Positions 25,601-39,232 of a DNA stretch of 64,000 nucleotides are shown one piece after another. Position 1 is the first letter of the stretch, and every line of letters begins with the position of its first letter. The stretch covers positions 100,874,001 to 100,938,000 of the forward strand of contig OX597820.1 of the NCBI GenBank assembly GCA_951406725.2, in the 5' to 3' direction. The position numbers and the translations under genes were made by a program. Source of the stretch: Octopus vulgaris (taxonomy: Eukaryota). The notes beneath the pieces were generated by a model. It made no database searches. It was not told where the DNA came from and saw nothing but the letters and a program-made list of their open reading frames with translations.

Positions 25601-26283
25601 TTGTTACTGCTGTTCAGGTTGGAACCTGGCCATAATAATAATAAAGATCACAGTGGTTGGTGCCATTAAATGTTTCCATGGAAACTGTTGTAGGTCAACA
25701 CCAGCATCCAGACAAGTACAGAGAAAAGATTCTAGAGTGCTTATGTCCTCAGTATGAAGGATCGCAGCCAAACTTCTTTTCCTTGCACTGACCATCTTTT
25801 GGAGAAGGTTAGTGTAGGGAAAGGGGATTGGATGCAACAAGTATTATAAGTGAGAGAAAGAAACATGTAGCAGTGGGGTGTCTTAGTAGTGGCAGTGTGA
25901 GACTGGTCAGCTCCATGGAGCAGAGGCCATGCCAAAAATGTTAAACTCAATAAAGAATTTAGTTGTATCACCTTGACCTGTCACTTGGTTTAATACCAAC
26001 ACCTGCTAATTACGTGGTGCTTTTTGTAGAGGTCACATTTTTGGAAGAATCTGCAACAGATTTCCTGTTTGAGAATAATTTCCTCAATTCCACCCACTAG
26101 AGACAAATATCCTGGAAAGGATCATAACCCACTGCTATTCCAGATCTGATTACATAACATTTCATCCCTCTCTATCCTAAGTTTAAATTTCTGGGATCAA
26201 ATTTGCTTTCTCATAATTCCAAATTACAATATAATGAATGTCAGTTTTTAACCTAGGTCAAACTGATCAACTATAAGCTTCCA

Positions 26284-26824
26284 CAGTTCTATATTTAAGA
26301 GATGAGAAATTATGTACATTATTTACATTATTTATATTTGACAGATATTTGTCCTCATCTTGCTTGTTGCTGATATACCCTCCAGCCTTCATCAGGTGTC
26401 TTGGGGAAATTTTGAACCTGGGTTCTCATTCCTAAGGTATTTTTTGATGTTATTATTATTATTAAGGTCACTACCTGGAATCGAACTCAAAATCTTGGGG
26501 TTAGTAGCCTATGCTCTTATGCCTGTGGGCAATTATGGAGTGAATTTTAGGGCATATAAATCTAAAATTTTCCTCTCCTTCCTTAATACCAGTTCCCATA
26601 TGCTATTCATGTCTGCACCCGGTCTGCTTAGGAGGTTGTTGTGTCCTAGCATATGTGCTGCTTCTTTCAGTTTTCGTATTTTCCAGTGGTGTTCACTGTC
26701 TATTATTTTAACTTCATCCTACTGGGGGAGGTGGTTGTATGTATATACATATATACGAGAGGTTTCGATATTCAGGAGATCCAAAAGGCAGGTCATGTAA
26801 ATAATGTAAATAATGTAAATAATG
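26284..26824 (-). mobile_element. Penelope-like 3' fragment (GIY-YIG C-terminus, tRNA-like box, broken hammerhead) with 12 bp TSD
   Basis: NHLPQ*DEVKIIDSEHHWKIRKLKEAAHML; TSD tataagcttcca at 26272 and 26825; CTGATGA aggctg...cagc lacking GAAA. Confidence 0.78.
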
Positions 26825-27156
26825 TATAAGCTTCCATTAAAAAAAATGTATGGCCTTGTTAGAAATAAATTAACATTTAGGCCAAACCACATCTGATCTG
26901 ACTATGCAATGATTACTTGCACATTTTGTTTAAAGTTATGGATGCCAACTAGAGGTCAACAACAGAAAGCTGCTGACGTCAACTACATGTGCAACAATGT
27001 AATAAGGTATCGTTTTACACATGCCTATCCTGTACATCCTGTATTATACAGAATATATTTCCCTGCTAACTATGCAGCATATATGATTCACATATCCAAG
27101 TTTTTTCAACCATGTGGGACCTATGGAAGGAAAGTTTTATATTTTAAAGTTTTATA

Positions 27157-27565
27157 GGCACAGGAGTGGCTGTGTGGTAAGTAGCTTGCTTACCAACTAC
27201 ACAGTTCCAGGTTCAGTCCCACTGCGTGGCACTTTGGGAAAGTGTCTTCTACTATAGCCTCAGGCCGACCAAAGCCTTGTGAGTGGATTTGGTAGACAGA
27301 AACTGAAAGAAGCCCATCGTAAATATATATATATGTATGTATGTGTGTGTGTGTGTGTGTGTTTGTGTTTGTCCCTCCAACATCGCTTGACAACTGATGC
27401 TGGCATGTTTACATCCCCGTTACTTAGCGGTTCGGCAAAAGAGACTGATAGAATAAGTACTAGGTTTACAAAGAATATGTCCTGGGGTCAATTTGCTCGA
27501 CTAAAAGGCGGTGCTCCAGCATGGCCACAGTCAAATGACTGAAACAAGTAAAAGAGTAAAAGAGT
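27157..27565 (+). mobile_element. SINE family A, full length
   Basis: ggcacaggagtggctgtgtggtaag head, ggttcagtccc B-box, (aaaagagt)n tail. Confidence 0.88.
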
Positions 27566-27759
27566 ATTACTCAGGACACATGAAACAAGAGTTAGCTAAA
27601 AGTTTGAACACAAGTATGGATAAACTTATAAAAATGCAATGGACAGGCAAAGGGTTGAGACAGAAATTGTTGTGGCAATGCTACAGTTGTGATTGCTTTG
27701 GTTGTAATAGTGGTGATGGTGTTGTTTGCTGTTGTTATGTTTATGACAGTGATGGTAGT

Positions 27760-28062
27760 GAAGGCTTACTGGTTAGGGGTATTCATTCATGATCGTAAGG
27801 TCACAAGTTCAATTTCTGGTGGCGTGCTGCGTCCTTGAGCAAGACACTTAATTTCACATTTTCTCCAGTTCGCTCAGCTAGCAAAAATTAGTTGTACCTG
27901 TATTTCAAAGGGCCAGTCTTGTCACACACTGGGTCCTGCTGAATTTCTCAGGGAACTACATTGAGGGTAAACATGTCTGTGGAATGCTCAGGCACTTGCA
28001 TGTTAATTTCACAAGCAGGTTGTTGCATTGGAATCCATGTCATCATAAGTGACAAAGTGCCA
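27760..28062 (+). mobile_element. tRNA-derived CORE-like SINE (family C)
   Basis: Head then gtccttgagcaagacactt; head and core related to 49951. Confidence 0.7.
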
Positions 28063-28289
28063 GTGGTGGTAGCATTAAGTTGTCCAGAAAGTTCTTAGCA
28101 TTTTTAAGGGCAATAAAGGATAAGAAATTTTAAATATACTCTCATCTTTATTCATTAAAAAATCTCCATTGTTTTCTGAGTTACTTTTGAGAAAAAAAAG
28201 TAATCTAAATGGGTTTTGACTCATCTAAATCATTAAATGATTCTCTTTTTAGTGAGTTTTGCAGAGACAAAAACAAATGATAGTCAGAT

Positions 28290-28314
28290 TGCACAATGAT
28301 GATGGCGAAGTTGT

Positions 28315-28353
<39 letters not shown>

Positions 28354-28382
28354 CGATGGTGTTGGTAGTGGTGGTGGTGATG

Positions 28383-28437
<55 letters not shown>

Positions 28438-28560
28438 CGATGATGATGACGATGGTGTTGGTGGTGGTGGTGGTGGTGGTGGTTGTGATGATGATGATGA
28501 TGATGACGACGACGACGATGACGATGGTGGTGGTGGTGGTGGTGATGATGATGATGATAA

Positions 28561-28594
<34 letters not shown>

Positions 28595-28750
28595 GGTGAT
28601 GGTGATGGTGATGGTGATGGTGATGTTTATGATGACAATGATGATGATGGAAATGATGATGATGGAGATGATGATGATGGTGATGATGATGATGACGATG
28701 ACAATGACAACGACAATGATGAAGATGATGACGACGATGATGATGATGAT
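28290..28750. repeat. (GAT)n/(GGT)n compound microsatellite
   Basis: Direct reading. Confidence 0.95.
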
Positions 28751-29217
28751 ATACACCTATCTGCAGCTGAGTGCACTTTTTTACTTGTATCGAGCTAAAG
28801 CACTCTGTATACAGCTAAATAGACGACCGTTTAATAGCCATGCTTTCTGGACACAGATGCAGCACAAGCTCTGGATCTTTCAATTGGTTGTCTCTCACAT
28901 AGCCCAATAATCCCATCCTTGTTCTTATCCTTGTACTATTACTTTCAGATAATTTATTGTTACTAATTAACAGCCAGTGAATGGACTCCATTTAGACTTG
29001 TTGTTTACTCAACAAATGACATTAGCAACAGTATCAACAACAACAGCATCATATGTTAATCCTTGCAAAACTACAAAAACTGAAATAACTTGCCAATTAT
29101 TGATTGCATTGTTTGATAGCTTTTACTTTCTATCTTCCTTTTTCTTTATCTTTCTTTCCTTCTTTTTCTTTCTTTCTTTCCTTCTTTTTTTCTTTCTTTC
29201 TTTCCTTCTTTTTTTTT

Positions 29218-29253
<36 letters not shown>

Positions 29254-29432
29254 TTGTTTCTTTCTTGCTTGCTTTCTTGCTTGCTTTCTTGCTTTCTTTT
29301 CTTTCTAATTATTCCTCAATTTTGTGATTTGCTATTAAATGTTTGTTGATAGACTTAAAATTGGTGGAGTTATGGCTTTATATCATATGCTGATTACCAA
29401 ATCAGTGGTTAGCATTAATAATAATAATAATG

Positions 29433-29493
<61 letters not shown>

Positions 29494-29499
29494 TCTTTC

Positions 29500-29745
29500 C
29501 TACTCTAAGAGCACTATGTAAAACTTTGCATATACATGTAAAGTAAAGAAAATATAAAAAATAATCCAGAATCTTTGTCCAGTACCAGTTTGATCCCCAA
29601 ATCTAATCATTTTGTGCCAGTCACAAGGCCAAATATTCCTGAAAGTTTCATCCGAATCCATCCGATGGTTCTTGAGATATCTTGTCCATGGACAAACAAA
29701 CACAGCTGAAAATTTACCTCCACCTTAGCAAAGAAGGAGGTAAAA
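29500..29745 (-). mobile_element. Partial Helentron-associated (HINE/DINE-like) element
   Basis: Reverse copy of 48090-48290. Confidence 0.65.
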
Positions 29746-30224
29746 AATAAGGTAGTGAGAAGGAGGAGTTTTTTTTTATGCTGAACTATGTCAGGGCAGG
29801 GAAGCTATGGTAGTCAGAGGTTGGAATACAAGAATGTGCTGAAGAGACATATGAAAAACTCCAACATCACCCCAGACACTGGGAGAACACCCTCCAGCAC
29901 AATGAATGGCACTGATAGCTAAAGCATGTAATTCTAGCCACTGAGAAGAAACAACTGAGGGAATATGGAAGAGCTCAGGAGAGGCATCACTTCTCTGCTG
30001 TGTCAAGTAACCTCACCTGCAGCAGATGTCATCACTGCTGTAAATCAAAAGCAAACCTTGTAGCCCCATGCAAGCTTCCCAGAGATGATTATGTACGGAA
30101 CAGTTGACGTTAACCTATGACAGACAGCTGCTATCAGCAACAATATGTGTGTGTGTTTGTGTGTGTGTGTGTTTGTGTGTATGTGTGTGTGTGTGCGTAT
30201 GGGTGTGGAGGCTTAGTGGTTAGA

Positions 30225-30300
30225 GCAGTGTTTCTCAACTATTTTACCCTTGCATAACCCTTAAAGTAAATTACATGTCTCAAGGAACCCTTGCACAAAA
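30225..30300 (+). mobile_element. hAT/Charlie-like terminal fragment
   Basis: cagtgtttctcaac start, later ggaacccttg. Confidence 0.5.
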
Positions 30301-30362
30301 AAAAATGATACACCATATCTTTCACATATTTTTTCATCGTAGTTCATGTAGTAAATATCATT

Positions 30363-30415
<53 letters not shown>

Positions 30416-30420
<5 letters not shown>

Positions 30421-30537
30421 GTAAATGTAATATGTGACAATTAATAATTGTCACATATTACATTTACAGATAAATTCCTCTATTTACATAATATCGAGGT
30501 CTCTTTCATTCTTTTGATGTCTTACCATTTTTATCAA
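30416..30537 (+). mobile_element. PLE-like end with perfect 27 bp fold-back in (TA)n
   Basis: tatctgtaaatgtaatatgtgacaatt aat aattgtcacatattacatttacagata. Confidence 0.5.
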
Positions 30538-30782
30538 TATATATATATACATATAATATACCGGAGTAAGCACATAAATGTGAAACAAAGTGGGAAAAAG
30601 AGTACTCAAATACCAGAGGTAGAGTAATATGCTTTATTTAAAAGTAGCAGAAATATAACAAAAGATGGGGTGGTGTTTCGACACAGGAAAAAATATGGGA
30701 AAATGTGTTGTTGAAAATGCACCTAAATTTCAAAAACTTGTAAATGTTTAAAATACATTTATTTACACATATACCAAACTAG

Positions 30783-31015
30783 TTTCAACAATATTTTTTG
30801 TTTATCAATGATAAATTTAAAAATTAGAAAAACATCTTTAAAAGTTTCAACGTTGACAAATTAAAATGTTTCAATGTTGACAAATAAAAATGTTAATTTT
30901 TGAACATATTAATTTATCAACATTGAAACATTTTAATTTGTCAACATTGAAACTTTTTAAAATGTTTTTCTAATTTTAAACTTTTACCATTGATAAACAA
31001 AAAATATTGTTGAAA
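30783..31015. repeat. AT-rich palindrome, ~110 bp arms with internal subrepeats
   Basis: tttcaacaatattttttgtttatcaatg ... cattgataaacaaaaaatattgttgaaa. Confidence 0.85.
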
Positions 31016-31511
31016 TGCGAAAAGTTTGTTTGTCTGGTTTTGGCATTGGAACTGGTTAAAGGCCACTAGATCCCGTCGGATTGACTCCAAAATTTACAGG
31101 GACATGTAAAATGAGGTGAGGATGTGAGTGGGCTAGATTAGAAATCCCTATCTTAAAAGGTGTTGTTACAAGGGCAAAAAACGCACACTTTGACAAGTGT
31201 CCTCTCATTCTCTTATCTGCATGTCTTCCTACGTCTCTCTCTGTTTCCTCCCTTCCCATCACTTTCTCTCTATAACGACGTTTGACAGATACTACTATCT
31301 TTCCCCCACCGCCTCCCTCTCTCTCTCTCTCTCTCTGTATGTCTGTCTGCATTCATAGAGAGTTTTATTATCGCCACTACCACCACACAATTATGAGAAC
31401 AAATATTATGAATCAGATATTTATTGGGTTAATTTATATATGTGTGTGTGTGTGTGTGTTCTATATATAAATATGTATATATAATGTATATATACAAAGT
31501 GTATATATCTG

Positions 31512-31551
<40 letters not shown>

Positions 31552-32496
31552 GTATACATTTGTATATATAATGCGTACACACACATATATATATATATAA
31601 TGTGTGCATTATGTGGTCGGTTGTGCTGAAAATATGCACACCTATGTTAAAAGTGCTGGCGAGTTTGCATGGCAACTATTTTTTTCCTCAAATGAAAGGC
31701 GTGACCTCTAGGACAAAATTCCTCATCTTATAAAATGTGGCCCGAGTAGACCTGAATGAAATCGGGTTATATTAACCAAAATGTGAAAAGAGGTCTAAAT
31801 GGGGCTGGAAGGGGATTAAAATTTACAGGAGCGGGTGTTTAGGAATTCTCTGTTACATCAAGCTAAAAAGTTTGTGCCAGCCTTTAAATCATCAATGTGT
31901 TGCCGTCCATGATGAAGAAGTTTGAATGCTTGCCATGGTGAGTCTACTGTTGTAAGAAAGAATCACTTCAAAACTTGCTGTTTAGGAATTTTCTTTTACA
32001 TCAAGTTCAAAATTTTATGCCAGCCATTAAACTGCCACTACGTTGCTGTCCATCGTTAAGAAATGCTAGCCATGGTGACTCTACTATCCTCAGATTTTAT
32101 CCCTTCAAACTTTGGTTTCCAATATTTTTTATCTTTATTCAGCTCGCAAGTTCATCTGTCCCTTTTAAATGTTAGTGTTTTGCTGTCTGCCTTGAAGCAG
32201 ACCTTTCCATTGTCAGTGCCTGATATTTATGATTGATCTTTCAAAATATTTTCCTTTCTTAACTTACTCAAGATCTTTTGTTATTTATAAATGGGAGAGA
32301 CATAGATAGAAAAAGACAGAGAGTAAGAGAAAGCGAGGGAGAGTCTGAGAGAAATGAAGAATAAGAGAGTGAGAAAGTGAGAGAGAAAGGAGAGAGAAAC
32401 AAAGAGGGAGAATGTGGTGATAAAAACCAGAAAGGAAGCAACAGAAAGTAACAACCACACTCTTACCCGCGCGTAGAGCAGGTCACCTTAAGCTAG
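31015..32496 (+). mobile_element. Probable non-autonomous Helitron (composite)
   Basis: 3' hairpin acccgcgcgtagagcaggt then CTAG-T at ~32496; 5' limit uncertain. Confidence 0.55.
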
Positions 32497-33334
32497 TATA
32501 AATATATAAAGAAGTTTAAAATGCACAGAGAATGTAGAGAATGTACATGAAGATTTATTCAAATTAATATTTATACACTTAACAAGTTTTACATTCATAT
32601 GATTTTCAAAAGAGTAAGTTTCCAGGGTCAGGGAGCTGTGTCATAAACTGTATTGTTTCTGATTCTTGTTTTCAAATTCATTCATTTTCATTGAGAGAAT
32701 GTGGCTCAAGTCACTATCAGTTAATGTACAGATTGAATAGTTGAGGATCGTCGAGGTAAGGGAAGTTTTTGGTCAGTTTTCTACAACATCCATGTTTTAA
32801 GGTCATGTGATAGCCAAACATGAAGTCCAGTTAATACATCGTCATGTGATAGCCATGCGTGTAGTCCAGTTAATACATCGTGGTACAGACAGAAATCTGT
32901 ATGATGTTCCAAACACAAAACATTACTATTAATAAAACAATGTGCTGTCATTGAGACAGACAAAGGAAAAAGGATATTTACACTAGGTGGGTCAGTTCGC
33001 ATGTGACCATGACAGATATATGTTATCAATGATAGTAGCTATCATTGAGTAGAGTGAAGTCATTGCATTTCATCATTGAAGTTGAGTATACATTCCTGCA
33101 GTGAGTAAGCTTAAGGTGTGTCATGGCCACTAACTGATTTAAGTGCATCATCTATATATAGGCAAGGACTGTCAAAGCAAAGGTATCAAAAACTAAATCT
33201 TTAATGATATTTCAATATGTTGCTTGTGCAAAATTTCGTGTTTATAACACTGGGACCTTAAAGAGCTAAACACCTGAGTTGGTTCTTCTTTTGGGTTTTT
33301 CTTTTTCTATTTTTTTTTCTTTTTCGTGGTCAAC

Positions 33335-33880
33335 CTAGCCGCATAAAAAAGAGATGAATGAAGTAGAAGATTGAGATGAGTGCAAACAGCTTTCAAATGC
33401 TTTATAGTATCTCTCAAACAGCACCTGCCAAACAACAGCAGCAAAAATAAATAAATAAACAAACCTAGTGCTGAAAAGCAAAGACAACAACATCCTATAT
33501 CTCACCAATAAGGAAACACTCTCTTCCTCACAACCCCAAAACAGCTGGAATGACATGAGAATCTTTCTCTATATATATAGATAGAGAGAGAGAGGGGGAG
33601 AGAGAAAGTAATAATGAGTGAATGAGAATAACGACGAAGGGTTTAAAAATCGTAAAAATATTGAAGGCAGCAGAGGAAAGATAGTAGACGCTATCAAACG
33701 ACGTTATAGAGAGAAAGTGAAAGGAAGGGAGGAAAGATAGAGAGAGAGAGAGAGATGGAGGAAGACAGACACATAAAAGAATGAGAGTTGGCTTTTCAAA
33801 GTGTGCATTTTTTGCCCTAGTAACCACACCTTTTAAGATAGGGATTTCTAATCTAGCCCACTCGCATCCTCACCTCATTC
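33335..33880 (-). mobile_element. Inverted relative of the 31015 element
   Basis: ~33790-33880 is the reverse complement of ~31110-31195. Confidence 0.55.
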
Positions 33881-33964
33881 AAAGAAGATCTAGACCTAAA
33901 ACACACAGTATACCGAAAAAGGATTATGTATGGGTATGTTTCCTGAAGACTTGAAGATGATATT

Positions 33965-34140
33965 GCTTTCAAGTTTTGGCACAAGACCAGCAATTTTGAG
34001 GAAGAGAGAGGTTGATTAGATTGCCCTCAGTGCTCAACTGGTACTGAAAGGATGAAAGGCAAAGTCGACCTTGGCAGAATTCTAACTCAGAATATAACAA
34101 TGATTAAAATGCCACTAAGCATTTTCCCAGTTCACCACCT
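33965..34140 (-). mobile_element. Diverged SINE family B
   Basis: aaaggatgaaaggcaaagtcgacc. Confidence 0.7.
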
Positions 34141-34477
34141 TGAAGATGACACTCGTATCAACATGAAGTGTAGCCTTTCTTGAACTGGTGACTGTTACCC
34201 CACATCTCACTCCAAATGCCTTAAAAATTTGCAGTCCAAAAACAAGGGATTGCAATAAAAAATATAAAAAGAGACAGAGAAACCCTTGGAACCCAAAGAT
34301 GCAACCAAAAATGTCGATTATGCTAGATTTCTATGGGAGACATAATATGTGATCTGCAGCTACTGAAAAATGCCATTATCTACCTATGTGACACAACATC
34401 GTTGCTAAAACAATATACAGTGTTGTCTGAAAAGAAAAACAGGATAGATTGTTATATACATTTATATATACTCATTA

Positions 34478-34877
34478 ACTCTTTTACTTGTTTCAGTCAT
34501 TTGACTGTGGCCATGCTGGAGCACCACCTTTAGTCGACCAAATCAACCCCAGGACTTATTCTTTGTAAGTTTTGTACTTATTCTATCGGTCTCTTTTGCC
34601 AAACCACTAAGTTACGGAGATGTAAACACACCAGCATCGGTTGTCAAGCGATGTTGGGGCAACAAACACAGACACACAAACACACACTCACATATATATA
34701 CATATACATATATACGACAGGCTTCTTTCAGTTCCCATCTACCAAATCCACTCACAAGGCTTTGGTCGGCCCAAGGCTATAGAAGAAGACACTTGCCCAA
34801 GGTGCCATGCAGTGGGAATGAACCCAGAACCATGTGGCTGGTAAGCAAGCTACTTACCACACAGCCACTCCTACGTC
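34478..34877 (-). mobile_element. SINE family A
   Basis: Full-length similarity to 27157. Confidence 0.88.
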
Positions 34878-35266
34878 TATTATATAAATTTTTATTGAAT
34901 ATATGCAGAAACATCAACACAAGGAATATTGATTGAATTCTCTTACTAAACTACCAAATGAAAACAGCCTGGATATTATTTGGGACAGGCAAAAAGAAGT
35001 TATGTACTGTTGTATACTAGTTATGTACTAGTTGCCCTGCTGATGTGAATATTTCTTTGGAAACCAAAAAGGAAGAGGATAACTATGGACATCTTTTTCA
35101 AAACCTTCAGCTTCTGTACTCAGATTATAAATTCACAATTATACTGATGATAATCAGTGCACTTGGTTATTTCTTTGTACCATATACAGATAATTGTATA
35201 ATGCTTTGTTTGGAAATAGCTGTGAGAATGACCTGAACATTGTGAATAAAGACAAAGTCAAGTATG

Positions 35267-35480
35267 TTATTTTCCCCTAATTGGACGGGTAATGATTTGT
35301 TGTATGGGAAAGTCTTTCGTTGTATCGAGGAAAGGGTTCATATCCCTCCACTTCAGTTGCTTAGTTCCAGGCTGGATATAATCCTCGGACCAGCTAAGAT
35401 TAGTAAAGTTAAAGACCCCTGTTAAAAGTATATTAGCTTGTGTGCTGGCCTCAGCTAGGGTTAGACTTATGAGCAAAAAA
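35267..35480 (-). mobile_element. CR1/L2-type LINE endonuclease relic
   Basis: ILLTGVFNFTNLSW...FLDTTKDFPIQQIITRPIRGK (GDFN and PTRG-like motifs). Confidence 0.65.
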
Positions 35481-36359
35481 AAGCGCCTCTGAAGTGATCT
35501 TCGTGGTTAACCGCATCAAGATGACGGTAGGTAATGCTTTTAATATCATTTCCTTTTTGTATAAATTAGTCTGAAATTGTCGAATACATTTCTTTGCAAA
35601 TTAGGTAATTTCAGGGTTGATCTGCAATCATTTATAGTTAAATGTTTCCTTTCAAAATCTTTTTTTTTTATTAAACTGGACTAGTATTTCGAATGAGCAA
35701 TAAGTATCAAAGCATTTAACAATGAGCATTAAATATCAAAGATAAAAATAAATCATTTTGTTCCCTTGTCAAACTTTGGACCTTAACAACCTAAATGAGA
35801 AACCCCGATATGACTGAAAGAATTTTTAAAGGGCTTTTATTTTTAGGCTGAGGTCAAACAGTCGAATCCATTCAACCATGTCGTCAGTCTTCAGCAACAT
35901 CAACTACAAAGAACTTGAGAGAGGTGACAGACTGAGAGAGAACAAGAACCTTCACATATTTTCAGCATTGCAAGATTTTGGAGTTATTTTTGTCAGAATA
36001 GAGCTGTCTTCAAGAATCCAAGTAATGCTACTTGTATTGAAGAGTAGCTGTAGATGCTGGTCATGTTGTTGTTCTTGTTGTTTGCTGCTACAGTTGTTGT
36101 TGTCACATGCTTTTTATTTTGATGCTACTTTGCTTCAGAAGTTGGTTTAGTCATAAATTCCCTTGGGAATTTTAAGCCCAGCTTCATCACTTTTATTTAT
36201 TTATTTTTTTCTTTGCTTTTGCTTTGAAACGAAATCTAGCTTCAATCATCTTATACAGATAATTTTTTAGACACTATTTTCTGAAACTGGTAAAATTATG
36301 TAGATCATTTTAGAGCTCCATAACCTCCATTTTTCAGGAGCAAAATCCTTTTAACAGGT

Positions 36360-36586
36360 TCTATAAGACTGGAATTTTGGAATATGCGCATAAAAATTAG
36401 TAGTATGGGATACATGTGGCATGATTACAATTTTGTTTTGGTGTGTAAAGAGGGAAATAACCCTCATCTGCAATTTTGAGGAAATTCGAAACATAGGTAT
36501 TCCAGTTCATTTGAGAGAAAATATAACAGAAAAGTCTAATTCTTCAATTGTATGTAACTCGGGCAACGCCGGGCAACTCTGCTACT
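36360..36586 (+). mobile_element. Helitron 3' fragment
   Basis: ctcgggcaacgccgggcaactctgctac, like the end of 6756-7152. Confidence 0.6.
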
Positions 36587-37092
36587 ATATATATATATAT
36601 ATATATGATATTGAGCAGTTGATAATTTTTCATTTCATGATCAAGCAAACACTATTTTTATTAGTTTTAATGCAGAAAATTATAAAAAGTGTTCAATACA
36701 CCAATACACCATTGATTTCAAAGTCTTCAGAGCTTGTTATATGTGTTTACTGTTACCAGAGAAACAAATGCATTCCAAATTAACCTGTGCCACCCTCTCA
36801 TTAAAAAATGCATCTGAACACAAGTGATATGATATTTGACACTTACTTATGAACCATGTTATTGGTTTCACTCATTACCTGCTATTTCTCTTCATACAGT
36901 GACAAACACAATTACCCTAGAAAGGGTAGGTATCCAAAGCATTTAGTTATGGGTTAGTAACATTTATCTAAGTAATGGATGTATGAACACACACACATAC
37001 TCGTGTATGTGTGTGATTATCATCATCATTTTAACAACCACTTTTCCACCTTTATTTTTACACACACACATACATATATATATACATATCTA

Positions 37093-37208
<116 letters not shown>

Positions 37209-37419
37209 TATATACATATATACATATATACATACTACATTCATAAATATATATGCACTGTAATCATCCCAGGAATATGGACTGTGATCTTAAAAATACA
37301 TGTAATTTGTGGAAATGCATGTAGTGATGCATTACAGTATTTATAGATTCCATCCAAGAATTATCCTTGTTATTACTATTTTTATATATATTCTAGAAGA
37401 GTTGTGCCCCACCCACATG

Positions 37420-38398
37420 TAACAACACACTTTTTGCACACCCTATGGCAAGAAACTGAACTACATCTCCTCTTCTAAACAGCATCTTTCTCTTCCTCAC
37501 ATTTCCTCTTCATAAACTGTGATTGTCTTATAATCCCCTTTCCTGCCCTCACTGCCTTCTACCCAGGTTTACGCCAGCCACAGCAATCCCCACTCCTTAC
37601 TTGTGCCGTCTTGGCAACACCTGACCTCATATTTTATGACCTTCATACCTCTCTTTTCTTTACTCAACCATCACATCTATGCTCTGATTCTTGGTACTTT
37701 TGAGCATACCTTGGACTTTACCATCTCTCTCCTGCTCTCTCTTACACTTTCACTGTTTTCTACTCTCTCTCTCTCTCTTTCCCTCCCTCTTCCTTTTGGT
37801 TGGGTAGCCACGTATAACCTTCACAGCAGTACACCTATTTCTGCCCTCGTTCATGGTCTCTCTCTCTCTCTGTAACCATGTACCCCCTCCATAGCAAGAC
37901 ACCTATTTCTGCTTCCCTATTTCTCAGTCACACTCAAACTTTTGTCATCTAATACTGGATCACCTCCACCTGTGCCCCCTCCTTTATAGCAAGACACCAG
38001 TTTCTAGCTTTTGTCACCCTCTAACCCTTTATCCTCTGGCACGAGTTGCCCTCCTCAAATACCCCTGCCCCTCTCATAATTCCTTGTCTTGTGAGTTACT
38101 TGGTGACCCTGCCAGTGCTTGTGCTATGTAAAAAGTATCCAGTCTACACTGTAATAGTTGGCATTTGGAAGGACATCCAGCTTTAAATTCATGCCAAAAC
38201 TAACCTCGCCTGTGACTAGTGCCATGTAAACAGCACTGATTCCACTCTACAGAGTGGTTGGTGTTAGGAAGGGCATCCAGCTGCAAAAACCCTGCCAAAA
38301 CAGACAGAATAGCAACAGGTAGTTTTTCTACCTGGCCAGCTCCTGTGAACTGTCCTTCCCATGCATGCATGGAAGAGGGACGTTAAATGACAATGATG

Positions 38399-38400
<2 letters not shown>
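37420..38400 (+). mobile_element. RTE-related 3' region with pyrimidine-rich UTR and (GAT) tail
   Basis: Inverted relative of 42615-43620 (agcaagacacctatttctgcttccctattt). Confidence 0.65.
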
Positions 38401-38455
<55 letters not shown>

Positions 38456-38650
38456 GAGAGATTTATATAAGAGCATAGGCTCAAAACGTTAAAGACTTTT
38501 TCACTTTCCAAGCGTTATACTAATACATCTATTTGTTGTCTACACCACCTGTCTTCACCTTTTGTTTTTTTGTGAATTCTCCCTATATATATATACATAC
38601 ATAAAACCTTGTAAGTGCATTTGGTTGATTGAACCTGAAGAAAACTTGTG

Positions 38651-38691
<41 letters not shown>

Positions 38692-39103
38692 TGTGTGCAT
38701 GCATGTTTGGGCATGTGTGTGTATTTGTGCATATGTGTGTGTATTTGTGCATATGTGTGTGTATGTGTGCGTGTTCGTGTGTGTGTGTGTGTATGTGTGT
38801 GTGTTCGTGTGTGTGTGTGTGTGTCTGTGTGCATATGAGTGTGAATGTGTGTATAATTTTAAAAATATATAAAAAAATATAAAAATTTATAAATATAAAA
38901 AATTTTTAATTTAATAATTTAAATTTTAAATTTTATATTTTTTGTATATTATATTAATTATATTTATTTTTATGCTTTGGTTTATGTTTTTCACTGTTTG
39001 ATTTGCCTAATAGTGGTTTTATCTCTAATTTAATTTATATTTATACTGTGAAATTTGATTTAATCTTAAATCTAATTTTTCCCTGTAAGTTTGGATTTAA
39101 TCC

Positions 39104-39169
<66 letters not shown>

Positions 39170-39232
39170 TATATATACATAAATATATATATACATATAT
39201 ATATATATATACATATCATCATCATCATCATC

